A stretch of DNA of 58,490 nt, filler included, from Jimgerdemannia flammicorona (taxonomy: Eukaryota): assembly GCA_003990765.1 (NCBI GenBank). It is 2 parts of 2 records of this genome, joined end to end, with 100 filler letters (N's around TTAATTAATTAA, not from the genome) between each part and the next. Parts side by side here need not be neighbours in the genome. Positions count along the whole stretch, not along the records: positions 29,300 to 58,490 come from RBNJ01000511.1; 1 more part is not named here. One strand, given 5' to 3'. Made by a program: the position numbers and the translations under genes. The notes beneath the pieces were generated by a model. It did not search any database. It saw only the letters and a program-made list of their open reading frames with translations, and had not been told where the DNA came from. This document shows positions 29,300 to 41,377 of this stretch, piece by piece (position 1 is the stretch's first letter; each line of letters begins with the position of its first letter).

Positions 29300-29353
<54 letters not shown>

Positions 29354-29586
29354 AATATAATAAAGATATATATCTTTGATATTATTATTAAGATATCTAA
29401 TTTTATCTATTTTTCAGAATAATAAAAAGGTATATTTAATATATGAGATATTTTACTAAATATATAAATCTTTATATCTATCAACTAATAGTAATTATTT
29501 TTTTATTAGTATATATCTTTTTTACTATAATTTTATATCTAATTATCTTTAAAACTAATTCTTTAAATATAATATGTAACTATTGA

Positions 29587-29701
29587 TAATACTTTCAATC
29601 AAATTGAATTAGTTTAAATCAAATTAAATTAAATTAGAGATTTTTCTATTTGAATTGAATTGTGGTTAAATTTAATTCAATTTAATCTATTCTAAGCACT
29701 A
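29587..29701. mobile_element. Decayed hAT-type MITE, same family as 52728-52884
   Basis: Right end TTCTAAGCACTA is identical to that of 52728-52884. Mutated left end TAATACTTTC. TSD ACTATTGA/ACTATAGA matches 7 of 8. Confidence 0.7.
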
Positions 29702-31797
29702 ACTATAGATATTAATTTATTTTATTTTTCTTACTCTATCTATATAAAATTTTTAACTAAGATTCTTGAGAGCAAAATACTTATTAATAAAGTTCTCTAA
29801 TATAAAAATAAGATTAAGATCTCTATAACTCTAATCAGATACTTCATTTATATCTAATCTACAAATTACTAACTCTAAAAAGGTTTAAAATAAAATAATG
29901 CTTAGTTTTAAATAAATAAGATATTATAGATATCAAAGTCTATTTCAGACTTATATATAAACTTTAGAAGAATTATAAAAAGTTGATTTTCTACTTATTA
30001 TTAGTTTTCTATTCTTTTCTTCATAGACTATTGTAATAAGCAAAATATTATAGTATAGCCAGATGATATGCAAACCACCTAGTATAGTTACTCTATATAG
30101 TTACTCTTATATTACTTATATAAATAGCTAATATATCAAATTAGAATAATATATATATATTTGTATATATATATATTATTAGTATATAAGTATATTATTA
30201 GAATATATATTCTCACCTATATATACTTTTCTAAATTAGTCTTACTATATACTTTATAATTAGCTATATAGTAACTAGATAGTAATCACAACTATATAAA
30301 ATACTTCAGAGATAAGAGTAAATATATAAACCTCAGTCTGAAAATCTGAAATCAAAAGTAAAAGATAAGTCTGCTTACTATACTATAAGAAATATATCTA
30401 CCAAAATCACTTGATCCAGAAAGGATTATAACACTTAGGAGAAATGTCTGCTTAAAAACCACTTTTAGGAAATTATGAGCTTTATTCTGAATTTATACTC
30501 TGGTCTACTTTCTGATATAAAAAAGAGAAGATCTGATTTAGTATACTTGCCAGACTAAGTCAGAAGAACTTAAGAACTCTGTCATTTTGAACTTGAAGTC
30601 TATCACTATCTGCTATTCAAAAAGTCTGCCATTTTTGGAGAATATGAGAAATCTACTAAATCTACCATATTATACTGATTCTGTCTAATTAGAAAATCTG
30701 TCAAAATTATCCATATTATGCAAACAGAACTTGCATCAGAAACCATTGAATATTTTGTTACTTTTTGATAAAGTAACTGAGGGCTCAAGCCAATCTACAT
30801 AGTAGCCCTAACCCTGTAATTTGCATCCATTGAGCTAGCATATTATATTATAAATTATTGTTTTTTATATCAGTAGCCATTTTTTTTCCTTTTTCCTTTC
30901 GTTTCTTTTCCTTTGAATTTCTGGTTCATATGCTAAGCTTTTTGGACTAGAGACAGATTTCATAAAAGTCAAGATGCACATTTTATTACTACTATGTTTT
31001 ATATTGCAAATGTCTCACACATATGTCTTAAACAGATGAATTTGCATGTTGCAGATAAAACATATATATCTAAGACAAAATAAAGCATGCCAACACTTTC
31101 AGGATGGTATAACCAACTCTTCATGGTCCTTCCAAAACTCGCAAAGTCTGGGACAGACTTCGGCGCCTGCGGCGCCTCTTCCATCCGGGAATATAAGGAG
31201 CACAATATTTTCCAAAGAAAAATTCTGCACCATTATTCTCAATAACTGATATAGTACAAAATATATCTTCGTGGATATGCCGCTATATAACAAGTCATCC
31301 GATTTCGCCATTTTTTTCTATTATTTGAGTTCTCATCTCCCCAGACTTGGCAACTTCACACCATCGACGAGGTCATCCGATGTTGAATATATGAAAGAGG
31401 ATTGAACTGCAATACATTTGGAGTAAAAACGTCGTTGAAGAAAATATTTTATGTCCGGACTGGATAAGCGAACGAGTGAATAAGCGAACGTGGGCTGAAA
31501 CATTGGCTGAACGAGTGAACATGAACTAGCAAACGTAACGTGTGGATGAGCAAATGAATATAAACAACAGAATATGCGATAGATCGTGTGGGCAATTACG
31601 TGAGGGAAGTGTCTAACAGCCAAACCTTTAGAAGCAGCAAACCATACATTATAAAACCGCATCCCGTGAGTGCATACCAGTTTTTTTGTGTGCTGTATAC
31701 CCTTAACGGCCGCAATTTTATGTGCTGTATTCACTCAAGATCGCAATTTCGTGTGCGCTGTATTCGTCCAAAGGCCGGAAGACATGGGGATAGGCAA

Positions 31798-32350
31798 GTC
31801 AATCCTTGTCAGTAAACTCCGGTTTGCTTCAATTACGATGGTCTATGAAAATAATTACCTGATATCAAACAGGGAATATGCGAACAGTCAATTCTGGTAC
31901 GCCAGTTCCATTACGATGATCTGAGAAAATAATTAACTGATATCAAACACCCTCCTACAACCCTCACCCGCTCAACCCCTTTCCCGCCACCGCAGACACT
32001 ATTCCTTAAATGTTAATGGACTGTCAATTCTGGTATGCCTGGTCAAGCTCACTTCCATCACGATGATCTGTGAAAACAATTACCTGATAACGAAAACGCA
32101 CCTACAACCTTCTCACCCTACCACCGAAACTGTTTTCTAAGGATGCAAAAATTCAATCCTGATACGCCAACTCCGGTTCGGTTCCATTACGTTGGTGTAA
32201 GAAATAGCTACCTGGTATCAAACACCCTCCGATAACCCTTATCCTTTTCTCACAACTGCCGACACCGTTCCCTAAGGGTGAATGGGGATATGCGAACAGT
32301 CAATCCTGGTATGCCAGGTCAGGCTCGCTTCCATTACGATGACCTGCAAA
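31798..32350. repeat. Five degenerate direct repeats (90-145 bp spacing)
   Basis: TCAATYCTGGTAYGCC..TTCCATTACGATGATCTG..AATTACCTGATATCAAAC recurs near 31798, 31888, 32023, 32153 and 32299. Confidence 0.7.
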
Positions 32351-32523
32351 AATACATACATAATATCTGCACGAGATTCCAGGTAAGATTCGAACGATAA
32401 TTCTGAGTTAAATTTTGAAATCGATTTTTTATTATTATCAACGATGCAGATAAAAAATAAATAAATAAAATAAAAGAAAGCCAATTGTAAGACGAAACAA
32501 GACCTTTATAAAAAGAAGAGAAT

Positions 32524-32828
32524 TCATCCCCATCGACTCTGACGCACACACCTCTTCCACTCGTCCTCCCGGCTCTCCTCGTCACTTTCCTCCTCGCCCT
32601 CCAACACGCTGAACTGTATATCGAGCTCCTGATCGCATCCAGCGTACAAACCGCACATAAAGTACACTTTTGAATTCGTACTCTCCAGCCTTGGGCGCCA
32701 CGAAATCCAGTTTGATGGTGAGGCGTTTCTGCAGCGTAATCCTCTTGATAGCGAGCAAAAGGGATCACCAAGATGAGCCACCAACTCTCCTCCTTCTGAT
32801 TCGGGAAGGAACAATAACAGGTCCGAGA

Positions 32829-32874
<46 letters not shown>

Positions 32875-35800
32875 CTTCGCGCTCGAGCACGACCTTGACC
32901 TTGACAGGACTTCCAGCGTGCAGATCCTCGGCGTTCTCAATGTCGAAGTTGAGCTCGATGTTGGGATACCTGTTTACGAACCTTGCGAACCCAACACAAT
33001 AGCTACAAGGTCTTGTCCTGAACGCGTTAGGCTCGCAGTGGAGAAAGCGGTCAGTCTTGTCGTCGGCGGAGCAGAACGTGAGCAGCTCGACGGCAGTCAA
33101 GCGGCACTGCTTGCGGCAGGGGACGAAGACGATGGTGGGTTTCTCAGACGAGTAGGTGGTGATGGCGAGGTGAGTTGACTTGGCCATAGCCATCATGACT
33201 GACGCGAAGTGCGGGATGTTGTAGCTCTGGATGTGGATCTCGAGCGGCACGGGACAGACCGATGGGTGGAAGTTGAACATGGATTGGGCTCTTCGGACAG
33301 ATCCATTCGCCGAGGTCTCGCGCATTGGCTAGCGTGGTACTGAGCGCGATGATGCGGATGGGGTTTTTCGTCTGCGGTGCAATTAAATGCATGCGAGAGA
33401 CTATGACCTCGTGGGTGGGACCGACGTCGCCGCCAATGAGGTGCAGCTCGTCTGCGATGAAGAGTCCGACGGTCTGCACGTTCTTGCGCTGCTTCCATCG
33501 GCGGGAGATGACGTCCCCTTATGTACGTCGCCGCGCACGAGTAGCTTGAGATATGCGCTAGTTTCTCCAGTGGGTGCCACGATCTCCTTACCGAGCGGTT
33601 CGAATTTGTTTTTTCAGTCGACGACGCGTGGATCCACGAGCTCTTGGACAGCCTGAGCAGGGCGAACTCGGCGCAGATAGTCTTGTGGGGGACGCCAACA
33701 AAAACGTTCTCGTCGGTTGAGTAAAGCGTGTTGAAGGCCTGGGTCTGGATCGGGTTAAAATTGTCAATCCACTTGCTGTAGATGGCCTCATAGCGCGGGT
33801 TCCGCAAAGCCGATACGGGCAAGGGCTGGAGGTCGTGGGACGGGTACCGAGCAGCTCGCCGATCTCCTGCCGGTTCAGGTCGAAGTACCTCTCCCATAGG
33901 AATTCCTTCTGCTCAATCCTCTTGATCAGGTCCACGGGGACGCTCTTGAATTGCCTGAGAGGTTTCATACTAAGCCATATGCGCTTCTCGACCATCTTGC
34001 ACAAATCGAACGCCTTCTCCGTCAGCTGCGACCACCCGCGCTTGAGGCAAATCTCGAATACCGCTAGGATCCTCCCGCGCTCTGCGCTCTGCGTGACGTA
34101 AGCCATATCCGATACGAGTGCGAATCCCTCTAGCTTGAGCTGTGAAATGTACGCCTGGACTAGGACGTTGATCTTGCTCGTGGGCTCCCAGATGCCCTCC
34201 TTGACAGGGATGGGTACGCGTTCGAGCAGCTTTGACAGCTCTAGCTTCTCCTCCTCGCGGAAGGGGATGTACTTAAACTCGTCGGAGAGGGAGCAGCTCG
34301 GTATGGCTCATCATGGGCTTGAGATGTTGGTTGTACGTGGATATGGAATTATGCGTCCGCCCGAGCTCCATCCCCCGGAACCGCCCAGTCTTATTGTCGT
34401 ACTTGATGAGGTTGCACTTGTTCAGCACCGTCGCCGCCGCGTGTATCAGGTTTACGCGCTTCTGCTCTAGGTATTGGTCTTCCTCGAGATCCTCCTGCAT
34501 GACTCCATACAGGCTCGGGTTTCCCGTCATTCGGACGTACAGGGACGTGTAGCCTAGCCACTGGACAGCGTCATCGCGGTTTCGGAAAGAACCTAGTACG
34601 ATCTCTGCGTTGAGGTTATCTGCGAGCTTCGCGATGAACTGGGACTCGATGGACAGCTGAGTGTTGATGAGCGAAACCCAGTATTGCAGCTCCGTATGCG
34701 TCGTGATGATGATGCCCTCGCCGTACGTGTCGTACTGCGGGCTTCCCGCATGGCCCATCATCTTGTGGGCTCAGCTCGACCCAGCGACCTTTCTCCGGCG
34801 AATAAATCTGCGTGCCCTTCATGATGACGGCGTGCGCGGGCAGGTTGACACCCCATGCGAGCGTTGCGGTGGGGCTTTGGATCCTTGACGGAGGCGGCTT
34901 CGGACTGTAACTTGCGGAGTCCTGGCGGAGAAACTGCACGATGATGTCCTTCTCGAGCGCCATATCGCAGATGGTCTTTGCGGTCTCCTTTCGTGAATGC
35001 ACAATGGTGATGACCTGGTTCTCTTGGCGTGCGCCGATCTGCTCCATGACCTTGTCATAGTAGACCTCGTTCAAGACCTGATGGCCTTCTTCTCCGTGAT
35101 GCCAATGAATTGCTGTTGGAGCGGGCAAGGGCGATATGTGGATTCGAAGAAGAGTCCCGATTTTGGGTCGACGCGCAGGAAGCTTGCGACGTCCTCGTAG
35201 TTGGGGAGCGTGGCGGAGAGCCCGACGAGGCGGATGACTTCTTGGGTCTGTTTCCATGTTGTGTATGGTGCGGGAGACGATGCTCTCGAGCACGAGACCG
35301 GGCTCGTCGTGCAACAGATGGATCCCGTCGATTATGGTGAGGTAGACGAGGTTGGTTTAGCTGCGGTCCGTAGGCTTGCGGATGATGACATTCCATTTTT
35401 CAGGGGTGGTGACGATGTTCTGGGTTTCGGCTATCTGTTGTTTGGTCAGCTGCCTGTCGCCCGTGAGCTCCGCGACATTGATTCCATAGGGTTTGAGACG
35501 AGTCTCAAAGTTGCCGACCATCTCCTGGACGAAGGCCTTCATGGGGAATAATGCACCCAATCTTGAACGCGTCCAGGTCGATATCGTCCGTAGCCTCGTT
35601 GTGGTTCTTGCCGATTTCGTGCAGAATGGTGAGCATGGCGACGTTTGTCTTTCCGGCGCCGGTGGGCGCGTAAACAGGTTCTCGTCGCTTCCTAACGCTG
35701 TCCCACTAGAGGCGTGACTGGACGCGGTTGAGACTCACTGTGCTCCCAAACGCCCCCTGGGCCCACTTCGGAAGGGACTCGATGAGGACCAGCTTCTCGC

Positions 35801-37200
35801 CCTCTTCGAAAGGTTTGGGTTTCGATGCCGCGACGTGTATCTCCTCGAACTCTTTGCCATGTCATCTTTCAGACCCGTTGGGAAGCTTGACCTTCTTGTT
35901 GGACATGAGACGCGACCCTTGGTCGAAGATGAGTGTCCAGGTCCTCGACCTAGGTAGGCGAGCCTGTGGTCCCGGAGGCAAGGTTCGCTTTGACGGGCAG
36001 AGGAATTTTCCTACTTGCGCCGCGCTGCTGCTGCGGGTCGGCGATCTCCATGGCGTTCTCGATGACGCCCCGCGTGCCGTTCCCTCCCCACGCTTCGCGC
36101 GCTCGCCACCCAGATCCCTGAGAATCCAGTAGATCACGCTCCCTTATCTGGGCCTCAATGTTGTCGCCCTTGCCAGACGGGTGCACCAGACGATGATCTC
36201 GCGGTGCCGAGTAAGGATTTTGACGAGCTCGAACTTGTCGTAGTCGAGCAGGCCCTTGAGTTCATCCTCGCAGTAGCAGATGTCGATCCCATCGAACTCC
36301 AGGATACGTATGGTGGCAGCGGTTTTTTCTTGCGTGGTGTGCGGATCCGGGTAATAGGCGCTGCAACCAGAAGGCATCAATGTCGTGCGGGGTGAGGTCC
36401 TTCTCGTCGAGCTGTCCACCTTACGCGTCCCGTGGCCCCTGCACCGCCAGACGCTGACCGCTTGCCGTTCGATTCTGTTCGTACGCCAGGAAGTACGGTG
36501 CGGAATCCTTCATTCTCATCGTCAAGTTCTCGTCGCGTCGTCCCCGCCGCCGCCGCCTCCGCTGGCCCGTGTCGTTAAGTGTCCCGAGACCTATGCCTCC
36601 TGCCCCTCTTCGTCCTCGTCGTCCTCGTCTCTGACCTGGTACTGGTCCTCGCCCTCGTCCCCATCGAACATACCGCTACACCGAGCACATCGTCAATCTC
36701 CCCGATGCGATCTCCGTTCTGGTCCACGTCCATCCCTGGCGCCGGCGCCGCCTTGTAGTCGGTGATCTTCTTGCCGAGGTTGACGAGCCGGGCGAACCGC
36801 TCCATGGCGACGGGGCTCGACAGTGAGCTTCTTGTCCAGATCCTTGAGGGTGTCGGTCTTGAGTATCTTGAGGACGTCGTTGGCCGCGCTGCAGAGCGCA
36901 TATGTCGCGCGGGGCTCCTTGGTCCGTGGGCGGTAGTTGAGGCCTCGGTGGCGGTGAGGACGGAGTTGTAGCCGTACTCCTTGTTGAGGTGCTGTTGAAT
37001 TGGAATGTGTTTGACTGTGATTAGGTTGTTATGAAAGGGAGATTGGTTCGAATCACTAAAGGGGAACCAGAAACATTTCTCATAGCCGCCGAACGACGGA
37101 GATCCAGCCAAACTTTACATACCTCTCCTGCTTTGTCTTCCTCTTCTTCTCAAGCGCTTCCTTCCTTATTTCGACGTATGTTCTCGACCATTATGAGGTG
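32524..37200 (-). pseudogene. BRR2: BRR2/SNRNP200 U5 helicase pseudogene
   Basis: Motifs in order: [88 protein letters not shown]. They are spread over many shifting frames with deletions. One GT-AG intron is retained (~36992-37121). Confidence 0.92.
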
Positions 37201-37366
37201 TGTTGTAGGACGGGCGTACCCGAGGTTGTTTGTTACTCCATGTGACCAACATGTGACCAACGTCCTTGAAACGATGGGTGCCATGTCACTAGAGGATCCC
37301 ATGAAACATTCATCCAAATATCCCCTGAAAACTTCAAACTGTTCACAAAGCGTACAAACACACTAA

Positions 37367-37597
37367 ACACTGCATAGAATCATCCAATTTGATTCAATTG
37401 GAATTGAATCAAGATTTAACTAAAATTGAGTTTTGAATTTTCAAAATTCAATAATCTAATAAAAATATATAAATTTTCAATTATTAATTATAAATATATT
37501 TTAGTCAAGTTATTATATTTCAAATTTAACTTTCAATTTTGAATTAAATTAAACCTCAATTTAATTCAAATTTAATTTAATTTAATTAAAAGTATTA
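37367..37597. mobile_element. Decayed MITE of the TAGTGCT family (tentative)
   Basis: GCATAGAATCATCCAATTTGATTCAATTGGAATTGAATC resembles the reverse complement of the 52884 end, with GAATT/AATTC subterminal repeats. No clear TSD. Confidence 0.4.
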
Positions 37598-37727
37598 AAT
37601 ATACATATTAGTTAAATCTAGATTTAATATAAAATATTATAAATATACTAAATACTATAATATATAAAAATATTAAACTTATAATAATAATAAAACTAAA
37701 TATATATAATATAAAAAAATTAAAATA

Positions 37728-37761
<34 letters not shown>

Positions 37762-38260
37762 TCTACATATAGAAAATACTAAAATATATATATATATTTA
37801 AAAAAGAATCTATATATTTAAAAGAGTTGACAATTATATTAAAATGAGATAAATAAAATATCACATAGTGTGTATTTTTTTTATTAATAGTGAATAAATA
37901 AACAAACATTCAATCTTTTCAATTAGTAGAAATCTCAAAGCACTTATTACAGAAAAAATCTCATCAGCAAAGAGATCACAGCAGTTGAAGCGTTCTGGGT
38001 TGCACGGGTTCAAGTTGATCCCAGCTGATGCTCTCCAGCATCGAGAGTTATCCTCCCAGTAGCTGCGCGCAGCATGTGCGTCGTGAGTTGTCCACCGCAA
38101 CACCTAGCCTTTGCTGTCGTGAACGCCATCCTGAGGAGGTCGCAGCAGTAGAGGTTGCGGAGAGTTCGCAGAAGAGAAGTCGTAGCAGAGAGGTTGCAGC
38201 GGAGAAGTCGCTCGCAGAAGAGAGGTCGCAGCGGAGAGGTCGCAGTGGAGAAGTCGCATT

Positions 38261-39694
38261 TCCATTCACGTCGCCATTCAAGTTACCATTCCCACCATCT
38301 GGCAAGTTGTAACTCTTCCCCACAGCACCTCTTGTCTGATATATGAGTACTTACCTGGATGTATATTTCGTGCTTTATATCCTTTCGGACTCTCTGTTAG
38401 TTGCAAGAACGCTAAAAATCTCGGCGGTAGATAAGAAGAATAGCGCTGATAATGGCGGGTCGGCAGGTAAGGGCAAAAACGATGGCAAAAAACGGTGGCA
38501 AAAAAAAAATAAAATAAAATAAAAAATGAGACACAACAAGTAGACAGTCACATAATACGTCATCAGGGTCACTGATAATTAGCTCTGCGAATATACAAGG
38601 GACATTTTGTGCTGAATGAATAAATGTACAGCACATTTAATTCTGCACAATCACCAAATTGCAGAACCAACAATAATATAATCACGAAATTGAGATGCGG
38701 TCTACAACGATATCTGAAAGTACCCGAAAATATCCAATATTTTTCATAACTTGGGCCCAAGAGAATCCAATAGTTCTGCCAAAACATACCTGGCAGTTTA
38801 GCACAAAATCTCCTGATATATCTCAAGTGTTGTTTCGCAAATCTCCAGCACAATTTAATCATGTATTTTCATCCCAAAAATTGCATAGACATCTCACATA
38901 ACCTGCAGAGCAGCTCTGCTATATATCTGGATACATTTAGCTGTTCTGGAGAGCTCTAATTGATAAATGATTTTGTTTGTAGTATTTTTTAAATTAAGTT
39001 TTTTAATTAAACCAACCTGAATACATTCATTGATTGTTCTATAGATAATATCAACACGTTTGTTCGTCCCTCAGCAATTCGTCATCATCTAGTGTTTATT
39101 CCATCGATCCACTGTCTAGTTCATCATCCACAATAGCGATGAGGAATATCTGCAGAATAGTGACAACCAAGAATCATCCGCAGAATGGTGATGAGGAATA
39201 TCTACAGAACGATGTTTGCTGGTGACAAGTATCTGCTGAACAATGGCGACGATGGACATTCGCTGAATGATGACTGCCAAGCGATGGCAGACCGGATGAT
39301 GACTGAGTGACAATGGACTACTGAGCGATGGTAGAATGGACAATGGACTGGGCATTAGGCTTCTGAGCGACGATGGACTGGACTAAATTATGATCTCAAC
39401 AATGAATGACGACTGGCTGCTGAGCGATGACGATGGAATGGACAACGGACTGCTGAGCGACGATAGACTGGACAATGGGCGATGATGAACTACTAAATGA
39501 CGATAGCAATGATGGAATAGACAAAGACTGCTGACCGGCGACAGAATCGATGAATGGACTACTGCTGGTTGTGATGTGTTTTTCTGACTTACATGGAACC
39601 AAAGATAGAGTGATCGTGGAGTAATACTCTGCGCGACGGCCGGGTTGGAGTGCTTTTAGATGTAATTTGGACCACCTCCCAGAATTTATGGAAT
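38261..39694. repeat. Left arm of a long inverted repeat (partner 55801-57377)
   Basis: For example, CCATTCCCACCATCTGGCA..CTTGTCTGATATATGAGTACTTACCTGGATG and GAGTAATACTCTGCGCGAC..GGTTGGAGTGCTTTTAGATGT match the reverse complement of the right arm. Collinear in between. Confidence 0.9.
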
Positions 39695-41377
39695 GTAATG
39701 TAACGGTCAGGACGTAAGCCGTTCTATTCGCATACCGCACGAACTTCCACGAAATCACAACACATACCCTTTACCCTTACCTATGGCCGAGAGACTCGGC
39801 TTCCGTTTGGATCCCCCAGAATCGTTGACAGTCATTCCTTCAAGCCTCAAGATATCCAAAAGAGTTAATCCATCGCCGTCGACGTCTTCGTAAAACCCAA
39901 AGTAAAAAGTTGTTCTGGACCCTCTTTCGCAAGACGAGTGCTGCAGAATATATTACTGCCTCATTCAAACGGTCGGATCCTGCTCGAGCTCAATAGCTAC
40001 CATGGCCCTGGAAGTATTCGTGGGGCAACAAGACGTATCTGATTAACCAAATACGGGCACAAACGGAAAATGTCTCAGCCGTCGAAACTTCCGCTACTTC
40101 CGCTGCGCATCGTCACCGTCGTACCTGACCCATCATCCCGCCAACAATCCTAATGTAAAGAAATTTCCTGAATGATCTTCCAATAAACAATCAAACGGTA
40201 TTGCTGCAGCGTATGTTCTCGCCGACTGTTGAGCGAACGTACGAGTTGCTTATGAACATCCTGAGATGGGCACAGTGCTTCATTTCATGGGACACTGTGG
40301 CTCACAGAACGATGGTGCCAGAGCCCCCATCTTTAAATATCAAGATACGAGCAACCTTTATTTTATTGACGCATTGCGCCTTGCAAGGACCCGGGTTTGT
40401 CATTCCTATCTCCTGCCAAACTTACCATGTCGTCCAAACCCTGGTCGATCATGGCATTCCATACTCCATAGGTTCGTATTGCCCCCTGCCAGACGATCTC
40501 TCGAGAACAAATTCTATCTGTTCCTTGCCGGTGGCTGCACAGCCGAACAGCAATGTTGGAGGCGCGTGCGTCCGTGCAAGGACCAAATGACACCCGGCAA
40601 TGCGATTACTTCCCTGTCTAGAATAAGACTCAGATTTATATATAATGTCTAAATTAGACGTTAGAATTACAATTATCAGATATTTAGAAAAATATTGCTC
40701 AGTTTAACAAATAGTATTAAATCTGAAAATAATATTCTAAATTTAAATGTTTATCATATTTATCAGAGAAATAATAAATTAATAAATTTATATATAAATT
40801 CTTAGCCTTATAATATTCAATTATCAGGATTTTTATAAGATACAATCAAATATGACTATGTAGATATATTTTAAAATTAAATCAAACTATATCAATACCC
40901 ACTATTTAGTTTGATATTATCAAAATAATAATTTTTTTTTTACATTTAGAAGTTTATATATTTTCCGATAATATTAGCAGGACTAATGGTTGAAGGGTGT
41001 AGTTTGAAATATTTAGTTATTATACTTCTTTCTTCTTTTTTCTTTTTTTCTTTTTTTTTTAATAAAAAAAAAAAAAAAGCATAACTACATTGTAACCCTG
41101 ATATAATATGTCAAAGTGTCATCGTTCATATGTTCTGAAAATTGTCGTACTCATAGCACGCTCTGACAAGGGTAAAAATCGTGTGTGTGCTTGGATTTCA
41201 ATATCAAAGCCGGTAAGAAATGTGGCTTGCAGGTTGCGTGGTAATTATAGTGCCTAATTATTCTGTCAATCCTGAAGGTGTCACAAGTTACGCATTAGTA
41301 AATTGAAAGCTTATTTCCTTTGATTACGGCCCTCGTCCGCTGACAATTCTTTTGTATAACCCTCGATCTCCCTCACC

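Noticed and set aside
29200..29351. Poly(A) after the gap as the LINE's tail, and the PacI-like palindrome in the gap
   Set aside because: The spacer is artificial and the two halves look like separate length-sorted contigs, so continuity cannot be assumed.
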